Part shown: positions 1-7,900 of the stretch, one piece after another
Position numbering within the stretch: position 1 is the stretch's first letter
Layout: each line of letters begins with the position of its first letter
From: Haloferax volcanii DS2
GTDB lineage: Archaea > Halobacteriota > Halobacteria > Halobacteriales > Haloferacaceae
Length of the DNA stretch: 32,000 bases
Assembly (NCBI RefSeq): GCF_000025685.1
Contig: NC_013967.1
Location: 780,001 to 812,000, forward strand
Direction: 5' to 3'
Notes under the pieces: generated by a model
Databases searched by the model: none
What the model was told of the DNA's origin: nothing
What the model saw: only the letters and a program-made list of their open reading frames with translations
Position numbers and translations under genes: made by a program

Positions 1-389
1 GCGGCCTGCTCGACGAGGTGGTCGAAGACTTCGTCAACGACGTGTTCGAGGTCAGTGAGGAAGCGATCGACCGCGTCTCGCGACGGCGGTCGATCGAAGC
101 CACAACAGCGCCAGACGAGTGGATTCTGCAGTTCGCGCGTGATTGGACGAGTACCGTAGACGTTCTCGTAGTAGCAGTGCAGAAAGCCTCGGAAGAGTTC
201 TGGTGGCTTGTGTACTCGTGTTCGCCCCCGCTTGCAGGGGGCGAACACGTCGTACTCACGCAGAAATTCGAACTCAAGATGTTCAAACAACGGAACTGTC
301 TCGGTGGCCGCTGCTTTCAAAAACTCGTCGAGCGAAGCAACGTTTTGCAGGGTTGTGGTTGTGCTGGACACACTTTCCGCACCCTGCAT
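1..389 (-). CDS. IS-type (DDE) transposase, N-terminal part; the ORF continues past the left window edge
   Basis: Minus-strand ATG at 389-387 stays open for 129 codons down to position 1. It is absent from the supplied track because it has no stop inside the window. Hand translation: MQGAESVSSTTTTLQNVASLDEFLKAAATETVPLFEHLEFEFLREYDVFAPCKRGRTRVHKPPELFRGFLHCYYENVYGTRPITRELQNPLVWRCCGFDRPPSRDAVDRFLTDLEHVVDEVFDHLVEQA. From memory this resembles the N-terminal DNA-binding region of haloarchaeal ISH transposases; the family is not resolved. GC is visibly lower than in the core genes. Confidence 0.5.
   Translation of the reverse strand, partial: MQGAESVSSTTTTLQNVASLDEFLKAAATETVPLFEHLEFEFLREYDVFAPCKRGRTRVHKPPELFRGFLHCYYENVYGTRPITRELQNPLVWRCCGFDRPPSRDAVDRFLTDLEHVVDEVFDHLVEQA
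217..249. repeat. Perfect 13-bp inverted repeat with a 7-nt loop, located inside the transposase ORF
   Basis: CGTGTTCGCCCCC (217-229), gcttgca (230-236), GGGGGCGAACACG (237-249). Checked base by base. On the coding strand it encodes ..DVFAPCKRGRTRV.. without breaking the frame. Confidence 0.9.
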
Positions 390-480
390 CCTCGTATGTG
401 ACGCTTTCTATGACACGCTCTAGTGATGTTATTTTATCGAGTGCCCGTCCTGTGGCAAACAGCTAGCAACAGAACAGGGA

Positions 481-1164
481 ATGCGGCAGCACCACACAAA
501 GGTCCACAACACACCGCTGCCTAACCGAGTCTGTAAACGCTGCCATCAGGAGTTTTACGATCCAAAGTCTCAGCGTGTTTACTGCGAAGAGTGTTATTCA
601 GAGCAAGGAAATCAGAACGGTAACTGGCGAGGGGGTAAAGAAACAGAGACGTGCAGCGTTTGCGATGCTACGTTTTCCTACTACCCATCAAATAAGCAGG
701 GTGTTTACTGTTCAGAGTGTGTCAAGGAGGCAGAAGGGCTACTCCCTGAAAACCCCGCAGAGCGAATTGAGTTAATAAGAACCGCGTGTAGCTTTTGTGA
801 GGCTCAACTCGAACGACTCCCTTCGTCGATTAACGGGAACGAATACGGATCATTCTGCGACTTAGACTGCTATGGGAAGTGGCTCTCTAACAACATTGTT
901 GGCTCGAACCACCATTAATGGGAAGGCGGAACCCTCTTTTATAGAGAGTCTTGGTGGCCAGTTCGTCGAAAGGCACTAGAACGAGACAATTACACGTGCC
1001 AGCGATGCGGAGCGGATAGCGAAGAACTGGGACAGAACCCAGACGTGCATCATCTAAATCGGGTTCGCGACTTCGATGACCCGAGTAACGCCCACACGCT
1101 GTCCAACGTTGTTTCTCTGTGTCGCTCTTGTCACCGACTCGTAGAAGGTGGAGACAAAAAGTAA
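481..1164 (+). pseudogene. HNH endonuclease with an N-terminal triple zinc-ribbon, interrupted by a single in-frame TAA at 916-918
   Basis: The track ORF 481-918 continues in the same frame after the TAA (916-918) and reaches TAA 1162-1164 with no further stop. The N-terminal part has three CxxC..CxxC repeats (CKRC..CEEC, CSVC..CSEC, CSFC..CDLDC) and a GNWRGG spacer. The C-terminal part reads WEGGTLFYRESWWPVRRKALERDNYTCQRCGADSEELGQNPDVHHLNRVRDFDDPSNAHTLSNVVSLCRSCHRLVEGGDKK, which is an HNH motif. The stop sits in ..GSNHH*WEGG.., matching the repeated G-x-N-W-x-G-G spacer. GC is much lower than in the core genes. Confidence 0.75.
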
Positions 1165-1166
1165 GG

Positions 1167-1172
1167 TTATTG
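1167..1172 (+). promoter_or_regulatory. TATA-like element (TTATTG) upstream of tRNA-Gln
   Basis: An AT-rich hexamer ends 27 nt before tRNA position 1, which fits the archaeal TATA-to-TSS spacing. Confidence 0.3.
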
Positions 1173-1199
1173 TGCCGGCATCACCCAATTTCAGATGTC

Positions 1200-1303
1200 A
1201 GTCCCGTGGTGTAGCGGCCAATCATAGCGGCCTTTGGATTGGTACGGTTCATTGCGTGCCGAGAAGACAGCCGCTGACGGCGGTTCGAATCCGCCCGGGA
1301 CTA
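1200..1303 (+). tRNA. tRNA-Gln (anticodon UUG) with a 31-nt intron at the canonical 37/38 position
   Basis: Folded by hand. Acceptor stem AGTCCCG/CGGGACT. D-arm pairs G10-U25, U11-A24, G12-C23 with loop AGCGGCCAA. Anticodon stem GCGGC/GCCGC with loop C-U-UUG-G-A. T-arm GGCGG-TTCGAAT-CCGCC. Discriminator A at 1303. No CCA is encoded. The mature length is 73 nt. Confidence 0.9.
1238..1268 (+). other. tRNA intron with a canonical helix-bulge-helix-bulge-helix (hBHBh') splicing motif
   Basis: Intron sequence: A-UUGGUAC-GGUUCAUUGC-GUGCCGA-GAAG-AC. GAAG pairs with C32-U35 to form the 4-bp central helix. That helix is flanked by the 3-nt bulges GG|A and AC|A38, which carry the two splice sites. UUGGUAC/GUGCCGA forms a 7-bp outer helix with two G-U pairs. 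The boundary is ambiguous by one A. Confidence 0.85.
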
Positions 1304-1353
1304 CTCGAACTTCTCCTGCGAATCCATATCACGCCGAGTCGCGTCGCAGCCGA

Positions 1354-1367
1354 GCGATTTTTATCGC
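1354..1367 (+). promoter_or_regulatory. GCGAT-TTTT-ATCGC hairpin with a T5 run; candidate tRNA terminator and/or TATA box (TTTTTAT) for the downstream FkbM gene
   Basis: T5 lies at 1358-1362, about 55 nt after the tRNA 3' end. TTTTTAT ends 25 nt before the GTG at 1390. Confidence 0.4.
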
Positions 1368-1389
1368 CGTACAATGACAATACACTAAC

Positions 1390-2166
1390 GTGTCTCTGCT
1401 GCATCCGGTGTCGGCCGCTCGGCACCTCGCGTACACCCTCCACTACGCGCTCGTTCGGGCGAACTACGAGCGACGGCTCGTCGCCACGAAGAAACACGTC
1501 GGGCGGACGAGCTTCCGGAGCTACGAACTGTACAACCGTCACGGTAACGACGTGCTCCTGCAAGCGCTGTTGCTCGACCTCGACGGCGGCGACGTGGTCG
1601 TCGACGTGGGCGCGAACACGGGGACCTACACGCTCGCGGTCGCGGCCAGCGAACCCTCCGCGCAGGTCGTCGCCGTCGAGCCGCACCCCGAGGTCGTCGA
1701 CCAGTTGCGGGCGAACGTCGAGGTCAACGACTTCGACGACCGGGTGGACCTCCTCGACTGCGGCCTCGGCGAAACCGACGAATCCCGAGCGTTCCACCTG
1801 TCGAGCTACGACGAACTGGGGTCGTTCTCGCGAGACCACGCGAGCGCGTGGGGGGCGCGGGTCGTCGACACGGCGTCGGTATCGATGCGACGGCTGGACT
1901 CGCTCGTCGAGTCCGGGACGGTCCCGCCGCCGGACCACCTGAAGGTTGACGTCGAAGGGTTCGGCCTGAACGTGCTCCGGGGGGCGGAGGCGGTCCTTCG
2001 GGAGCACCGGCCGACGGTGTATTTCGAACTGCACGACGCCCGCGGGAGCCACGACGAAGCGGCGGCGAAGGCCCTGCTCCGGGAGTCGGGCTACGAGCTG
2101 GTTCCGGTCCGCGAGGGCTGGGTATGCGAGCCTCGGGCGCGGGCAGAAGCGTCCCGGTCCACGTAG
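1390..2166 (+). CDS. FkbM-family SAM-dependent methyltransferase
   Basis: 258 aa. SAM-binding motif VVDVGANTGTYTL, then ..HLKVDVEGFGLNVLRGA.., which is typical of the FkbM family. GTG start; there is no upstream ATG in frame. Confidence 0.8.
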   Translation: MSLLHPVSAARHLAYTLHYALVRANYERRLVATKKHVGRTSFRSYELYNRHGNDVLLQALLLDLDGGDVVVDVGANTGTYTLAVAASEPSAQVVAVEPHPEVVDQLRANVEVNDFDDRVDLLDCGLGETDESRAFHLSSYDELGSFSRDHASAWGARVVDTASVSMRRLDSLVESGTVPPPDHLKVDVEGFGLNVLRGAEAVLREHRPTVYFELHDARGSHDEAAAKALLRESGYELVPVREGWVCEPRARAEASRST

Positions 2167-2200
2167 TCGCGTCCGAGGAGTCGATTCGACCGGCGACCGG

Positions 2201-2971
2201 CTATTCGAGGACGAAGTTCACGCGCTCGTGTGCCGAGCCTTGGGTCGTCCGGCCGGCGATGGAGACCGTGCCGATGTCGCCCGTCGATTCGACGTGAGTT
2301 CCCGCGCAGGCGGTCCGGTCGAAGGGGTCGTCTGCGTCGCCGATTTCGACGATTCGAACCTCCCGAATCGACTCCGGAAGCAGGTGGAGTCTGGTGCGGT
2401 CGGGGTCGAGCGTCGCTTCGGCCTCCTCGCGGTCGAGGCTGTACCACCGGACGGGGAGGTCGGACGCGACGAGGTCGTTCAGGCGCGTCTCGATGGTCCG
2501 GAGGTCGTCGCCGTCGAAGCGGTCGTAGGCGCAGTCGAGATGTGCGTGGTCGGCGTACAGTTGGTTACCGGTCGTCTCGGCGTCGAACTCGTCGAGGAGG
2601 ACCGCAGAGAGGAGATGCTGGGCCGTGTGGTAGCGGCTGTGGGCGCGCCGCCGCGCCGGGTCGACGCGTCCGGTGACGGTCGCCCCCGGGTCGGGCGCGT
2701 CGCCCGCGACGACGTGTTCGATTCGGTCGCGTTTCTGGACGTCCGTCACGTCCCACGTCTCGCCGTCGCAACCCTCGCCGTCTACCGATAGGGTGCCCGT
2801 GTCGTGCGGTTGGCCGCCGCCTTCGGGGTAGAAGTACGTCCGGTCGAGGACGACGCGGTCGGTTCCGCGGACCGTCTCGACGGTCGCCTCGAACTCGTGT
2901 GTCGTCGCGTCGTCGAGGTATCGTGCTTCGGTCACGTCGGGGTCGACGCGGGCGGGCGAGTTAACTCTCAT
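2201..2971 (-). CDS. alaX: Alanyl-tRNA editing protein AlaX (Ser/Gly-tRNA-Ala deacylase, AlaX-M type)
   Basis: 256 aa. Contains the zinc motifs HTAQHLL (HxxxH) and CAGTHV (CxxxH) of the tRNA_SAD/AlaRS editing domain. Confidence 0.85.
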   Translation of the reverse strand: MRVNSPARVDPDVTEARYLDDATTHEFEATVETVRGTDRVVLDRTYFYPEGGGQPHDTGTLSVDGEGCDGETWDVTDVQKRDRIEHVVAGDAPDPGATVTGRVDPARRRAHSRYHTAQHLLSAVLLDEFDAETTGNQLYADHAHLDCAYDRFDGDDLRTIETRLNDLVASDLPVRWYSLDREEAEATLDPDRTRLHLLPESIREVRIVEIGDADDPFDRTACAGTHVESTGDIGTVSIAGRTTQGSAHERVNFVLE

Positions 2972-3130
2972 CGATGTGCCAGCAGTTCACATTGGCGGCC
3001 ACGAGACCCGGTCTGTTCGCCCGAGAGCCCGGTTCCCGCGACTCAGGGTGGTCGTAACGCCTAAGAGTGGAACGACCCTCATTCCGTGTAATGAGAATAC
3101 GCACGTGCCAACACCGACGGAGGTTCTGCC

Positions 3131-3823
3131 GTGGGCGTTGAAATCAAAGAGTCGGCGGTCTCCGACGCCGAGTTCGAGGATATGAAGCGTTTCGTCTCGG
3201 ACTATCTCTCTGCGAGCGTCGAAAACGAAGACGACGGCGGGCGGATGCGCTGGTATCCGTGGCACTCCGCGGAGTACCGGTTCAACCACATCCTCAACGT
3301 CGTCGACCTCGCGACGCGCATCGCCGACCGCGAGGGCGCGGACGTGAACGTCGTTCGCGTCGCCGCCCTCTTTCACGACATCTCGAAGCTCGAAGCCGAC
3401 CAGGAGGTCCACGCGGAGGAGGGCGCTCGCGTCGCCCGCGAGTTCCTCAGCAGCCACGGCGACTACCCCGACTCCTTCGTCGACCAGGTGTGTCAGGTCG
3501 TCTCCGACCACTCGTATCAGGGGCCGCTGACCGACGTGTCGCTTGAGACGCGCTGTCTCATCGAGGCCGACATCCTCGACAAAATCGGCGCGAACGGCAC
3601 CGCGCTGATGCTCCTGCGGATGGGCTACGAGGCCCGGACCCACATGGACGCCGCCGAGATGGTCGAACGCGTCTTCGAGCGCGGCCGCGACGCCTCCGAC
3701 CGGCTCGAAACCGACACCGCCCAGAGCTTCGCTCACCAGCGGCTCAAGCGCGTCAAGTGGTTCCGAGAGTGGCTCGAAGAGGAGGTCCCCGAGATGGACC
3801 ACGACGGCCAGTTCAGCGGCTGA
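3131..3823 (+). CDS. HD-domain metal-dependent phosphohydrolase
   Basis: 230 aa. H..HD signature: RFNHILNVV...AALFHDISK...SDHS...EADILDKIG. GTG start; an alternative ATG at 3182 (MKRFV) is possible. Confidence 0.75.
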   Translation: MGVEIKESAVSDAEFEDMKRFVSDYLSASVENEDDGGRMRWYPWHSAEYRFNHILNVVDLATRIADREGADVNVVRVAALFHDISKLEADQEVHAEEGARVAREFLSSHGDYPDSFVDQVCQVVSDHSYQGPLTDVSLETRCLIEADILDKIGANGTALMLLRMGYEARTHMDAAEMVERVFERGRDASDRLETDTAQSFAHQRLKRVKWFREWLEEEVPEMDHDGQFSG

Positions 3824-3866
3824 ACGAAACCCCGTCGCGACCGCGGTCCCGGTTTTCCGACCCTCC

Positions 3867-4856
3867 TCAGAGCGTGTCGAGAATCGAGAGCACACGTTCT
3901 TCGGCGTCGCGGCCGGGGTCGTGTTCCGCGCCGTCGCGGTCGCTGTCGCGGTGGTCGGCGACCGACCGGCGCATCGCCTCCTCGACGGGGGCGGACTCCC
4001 AGCCGAGACGGGCGAGTTTGTCCGTCGAGAGGACGTGCGGGTAGTCGCGGTAGAGGATGAAGTCGTCCATCGAGAGGCCGGCCGCGGCGAGTTCACGCTC
4101 GCCCGCGTGGACGACCTCGACGTCGGTGCCGGCGGCGTCAGCGATGGCTTCGACCATCTCTTCGAGCGTCACGAGCCGTCTGTCACCGACGTTGTAGGCC
4201 TCGCCCGCCTCGCCCTCCTCGGCGACGACGCGCATCGCGCTCGCCACGTCCTCGACGTAGGCGCGGTGCCAGACGTTCGTCCCGTCGCCGGGGACGACGA
4301 CGCGGTCGTAGTTCAGCACGCGGTCGATCCAGTAGTCGAGGCGCTCGGTGTAGTCGTCGGGGCCGTAGACGATGCAGGGCCGGACGGACATCGCGTTGAT
4401 GCCCCGCGAGGCCGCCTCGAAGACGACGCGGTCGCCCTCGGCTTTCCGCGGGCCGTAGCTCGCACCCGAGTCGTCTGCCGCCTGCTCGTCGGTGCAGTCG
4501 CAAAGCAGCGTCTCGTCCTCGCGCTTCGGGATGACCTCGCTTCCGTAGGCCGCGCCGCTGGAGATGTAGACGTAGGCGTCCACGTCGGCGAAGACGTCGA
4601 CCGCAGAGGCGACCTCCGCGGGCTTGTACGCCACGCAGTCGAACACCGCGTCGGGGGCGACGGTCAGCTTCGCGGTTCGAAGCGCCTCGTCGTCGGTTCG
4701 GTCGCCCTGCACGTGTTGGACGCGCGGGTCGTCCTCGAAGGGGTTGTCGTGGTTCCCGCGGTTGAAGATGGTCACGGCGTAGCCGCTGTCGAGGAGTTCC
4801 GAGACGAGGTGGCGGCCGATGAATCGCGTGCCGCCGATGACGAGTGCGTTGTCCAT
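3867..4856 (-). CDS. NAD-dependent epimerase/dehydratase family protein (SDR)
   Basis: 329 aa. N-terminal Rossmann motif VIGGTRFIGRHLV, plus a YxxxK-type segment (ASYGPRK). Confidence 0.8.
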   Translation of the reverse strand: MDNALVIGGTRFIGRHLVSELLDSGYAVTIFNRGNHDNPFEDDPRVQHVQGDRTDDEALRTAKLTVAPDAVFDCVAYKPAEVASAVDVFADVDAYVYISSGAAYGSEVIPKREDETLLCDCTDEQAADDSGASYGPRKAEGDRVVFEAASRGINAMSVRPCIVYGPDDYTERLDYWIDRVLNYDRVVVPGDGTNVWHRAYVEDVASAMRVVAEEGEAGEAYNVGDRRLVTLEEMVEAIADAAGTDVEVVHAGERELAAAGLSMDDFILYRDYPHVLSTDKLARLGWESAPVEEAMRRSVADHRDSDRDGAEHDPGRDAEERVLSILDTL

Positions 4857-4872
4857 GTCTCGGTCGAAGGCG

Positions 4873-4888
4873 CGCGCGGTGAAAAACG
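4873..4888 (-). promoter_or_regulatory. Promoter core for the epimerase gene: TATA-like TTTTTC plus ACCGCGCG; this 16-mer is identical to 16798-16813
   Basis: The minus strand reads CGTTTTTCACCGCGCG. TTTTTC (4881-4886) ends exactly 24 nt before the ATG whose top coordinate is 4856. Confidence 0.5.
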
Positions 4889-4920
4889 TGAGAGAATCGG
4901 TTGCGGGTGCCGGAACCCGC
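4882..4920 (-). terminator. Candidate gltB terminator: GCGGGT-n6-ACCCGC hairpin followed by a T5 run
   Basis: The hairpin at 4903-4920 begins about 45 nt downstream of the gltB stop. On the minus strand, T5 (4882-4886) follows 16 nt later. The T-run also serves as the epimerase TATA element. Confidence 0.3.
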
Positions 4921-4964
4921 TCGCCGTTAGCGGCGGTTCGAGACGGCCGGGGTCCGTCTCCGTC

Positions 4965-7900
4965 TCAGTCGTCGCTCGTCGTCGCCGCGCCGACTCTGTC
5001 GGCTCCGGCGTCGACGATTGCGCCCGCCTTCGCGGGGAGTTCGTTGCGAACGTCCTCGCGGCCGTCTTCGGCGATGACCTCGGCGTACGCGTCGGGCATC
5101 ACCTTCACGAAGTCTCCGAGCACGGACTGCCAGTCGTCGAGCAGTTCGGCCGCGCGGTCGGAGTCGGTGTACGTGCGGTGGTTCTCGACGAGTCGGGTGA
5201 GCATCGCCTCGTCCTTGTCGTCGAGGTGGTCTTCGAGCGTCACCATCTCGGTGTTCGCCTTCGCGGCGAACTCGTCGTCGGGGTCGTAGACGTAGGCTAC
5301 GCCGCCGGACATCCCCGCGGCGAAGTTGCGCCCCGTCTCCCCGAGGACGGCGACGACGCCGCCGGTCATGTACTCACAGCCGTGGTCGCCGACGCCCTCG
5401 ACGACCGCCTTCACGCCGGAGTTGCGGACGCCGAAGCGCTCGCCGGCGAGGCCGTTGACGTAACATTCGCCCTGCGTCGCGCCGTAGAGGGCGACGTTGC
5501 CGATGAGGATGTTTTCGGCGGCCTCGTAGTTGGCCTCGGCGGGCGTGTCGACGATGACGCGGCCGCCGGAGAGGCCCTTGCCGACGTAGTCGTTGGCGGC
5601 CCCGGTGAGCCGCATCGTGACGCCGCGGGCGAGGAAGCCGCCGAACGTCTGGCCGGCGATGCCGTCGAACTCACAGCGGATGGTGTCGTCCGGGAGTCCC
5701 TCGCCGCCGTGGGCGTTCGAGATGCGGTTCGAGAGCATCGCGCCGACCGCGCGGTCGACGTTCGAGAGGTCGCGGCGGATGACGACCGGCTCGCGGTTCT
5801 CGATGGCGTCTGCGGCCTCGTCGATGAGTTTGTGGTCGACGTGCGTCTCGATGTCGGCGTGGACCTGGGCTTCGGTCTTCCGGCGCGCGCCCGTCTCGGG
5901 CTCGGCCAGCACCGACGAGAGGTCGAGGTGCTTCGCCTTCTCGTGGTCCGTCTCGACCTGCCGGAGCAGCGAGAGACGACCGATCATCTCGTCGAGCGAG
6001 GTGAAGCCGAGGTCGGCCATGATTTCGCGGAGCTCCTGTGCGATGAACGTCATGTAGTTGATGACGTGGTCGGGCTCGCCGGGGAAGCGGCGGCGCAGGT
6101 TCTCGTCCTGCGTGGCGACGCCGACCGGGCAGGTGTTCTCGTGGCACTGACGGGCCATCACGCAGCCCGAGGTGACGAGCGACGCGGTCCCGAAGACGTA
6201 CTCTTCGCCGCCGAGGAGGGCGGCGACGGCCACGTCGCGGCCGGTCTTCATGCCGCCGTCGACGGAGACGCGGATGCGGGAGCGAAGCCCCGTCGCGCGG
6301 AGCATCTGGTTGGCCTCGGCGAGGCCGAGTTCCCACGGGAGACCGGCATTCTTGATGGAAGTCTTGGGCGACGCGCCGGTGCCGCCGTCGTAGCCGGAGA
6401 TGTGGACCACGTCGGCTTTCGCCTTCGAGACGCCGGCGGCGATGGTGCCGATGCCGGCCTCGGAGACGAGCTTGACGTTGATGTCGGCGTCGGGGTTGGC
6501 CGACTTCAGGTCGAAGATGAGCTGCTTGAGGTCCTCGATGGAGTAGATGTCGTGCAGCGGCGGCGGCGAGATGAGGCCGACGCCCGGCGTCGCATACCGG
6601 ACGTGCGCAATCATCTCGTTTACCTTCTTGCCGGGGAGGTGGCCGCCCTCGCCGGGCTTCGAGCCCTGCGCCATCTTAATCTGAATCTCGTCGGCCGACG
6701 AGAGGTAATGAGAGGTGACGCCGAAGCGGCCGGAGGCGACCTGCTTGACGTTACACTCCTTTTCGGTGCCAAAGCGCTCCGGCGGCTCGCCGCCCTCGCC
6801 GGAGTTGGACTTGCCGCCGATGCGGTTCATGGCGATGGAGTTGTTCTCGTGGGCCTCCGGCGAGAGGCTGCCGAGCGACATCGCGGCCGTCGAAAAGCGT
6901 TTGACGATATCCTCGACGGGTTCGACCTCGTCGATGTCCACCGGCTCGCGGTCGGAATCGAATTCGAGGAGGCCGCGGAGCGCCTTCAGCTGCTTCGACT
7001 GGTCGTTGACCAGCTCCGCGAACTCCTTGTACTTCTCGTAGTCGCCGGCGCGGACGGACTGCTGGAGCGTGCCGACGGTCTGGGGGTTCCAGCCGTGGTG
7101 GATGCCGGCCGAGCGGTTCTCGTACTCGCCCTGTCGTTCGAGCTTCGGGTCCGCGCCGAACGCGGCGGCGTGACGGGTCAGCAGGTCTTCCTCGATGACG
7201 TCGAGGCCGATACCCTCGGTGCGGATTTCGGTGCCCTCGAAGTACTCGGCGACGAAGTCGGATTCGAGGCCGACGGCTTCGAAAATCTGCGCGCCGCGGT
7301 AGCTCTCGACCGTCGAGATGCCCATCTTGGCCATCGTCTTGAGCAGGCCGTCTTCGAGCGCGTGGACGTACGCGTCGATGGCCTCGCCCTCGTCGGCCCC
7401 GTCGGGGCCGGTGACGACGTCCTCGATGGTCTGGTAGGCGAGGTAGGGGTTCACCGCGCCCGCGCCGTAGCCGACGAGCGTGGCGAGGTGGTGGACCTCG
7501 CGGGGGTCGCCGGACTCGACGACGAGGCCGGCGTGGTTCCGGAGGCCGTTGCGGACGAGGCTGTGGTGGACCGCGCCCGTCGCGAGCAGGCTCGGGATGG
7601 CGACGCGGTCGGGGCCGACCGCGCGGTCGGAGAGGACGACGATGTCCGCGCCGTCTTCGATGACCGCCTTGGCCTCGTCGCGGACGGCCTCGATGGCCTC
7701 GCGGATGTCGCCGCCTTTCTCGTAGGTGATGTCGACGACTTCGCTCCGTATGTCGTCGTCGAGGTCCTTGATGGCCGCAGTCTCGGCGTCCGTGAGGACC
7801 GGCGAGTCGAGGACGAGCTGACGCGCGTGCTCGGGTGACTCGTCGAGGAGGTTACGCTGGCGGCCGAGCCGCGACTCCAGGCTCGTCACGAGCTTCTCGC

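Larger units (their letters stand above)
1..470. mobile_element. End of an insertion sequence; the inner boundary lies somewhere between 390 and 480 and no terminal inverted repeat was identified
   Basis: A transposase start codon points outward to the left, followed by about 90 bp of AT-richer non-coding DNA (tagtgatgttattttatcgag...) before the next gene. The other IS end lies outside the window, so the terminal repeats cannot be paired. Confidence 0.35.

Noticed and set aside
212-257. GTACTC direct repeats flanking the 33-nt palindrome, considered as a target-site duplication of a tiny inserted MITE-like element
   Set aside because: The repeat period is 40 nt, which is not a multiple of three, yet the transposase frame stays open and protein-like across it. 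An insertion is therefore unlikely, and a 6-nt repeat at this distance can arise by chance.
18-401. 127-aa plus-strand ORF at the left edge
   Set aside because: The opposite strand gives a transposase-like translation that stays open to the window edge. The plus-strand product has no recognisable features.
916-918. In-frame TAA in the HNH gene as a recoding signal (Sec, Pyl or programmed read-through)
   Set aside because: Sec uses UGA and Pyl uses UAG. No SECIS- or PYLIS-like context is evident. A simple nonsense mutation in a decaying mobile gene is the more economical explanation.
3921-7838. 1305-aa ORF on the plus strand, the longest plus-strand ORF in the track
   Set aside because: It is entirely antisense to the epimerase and gltB genes. 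Its composition is dominated by G, V, A, R and D with no recognisable motifs. It is a typical stop-free shadow frame of high-GC coding DNA, while the opposite-strand products are unmistakable.
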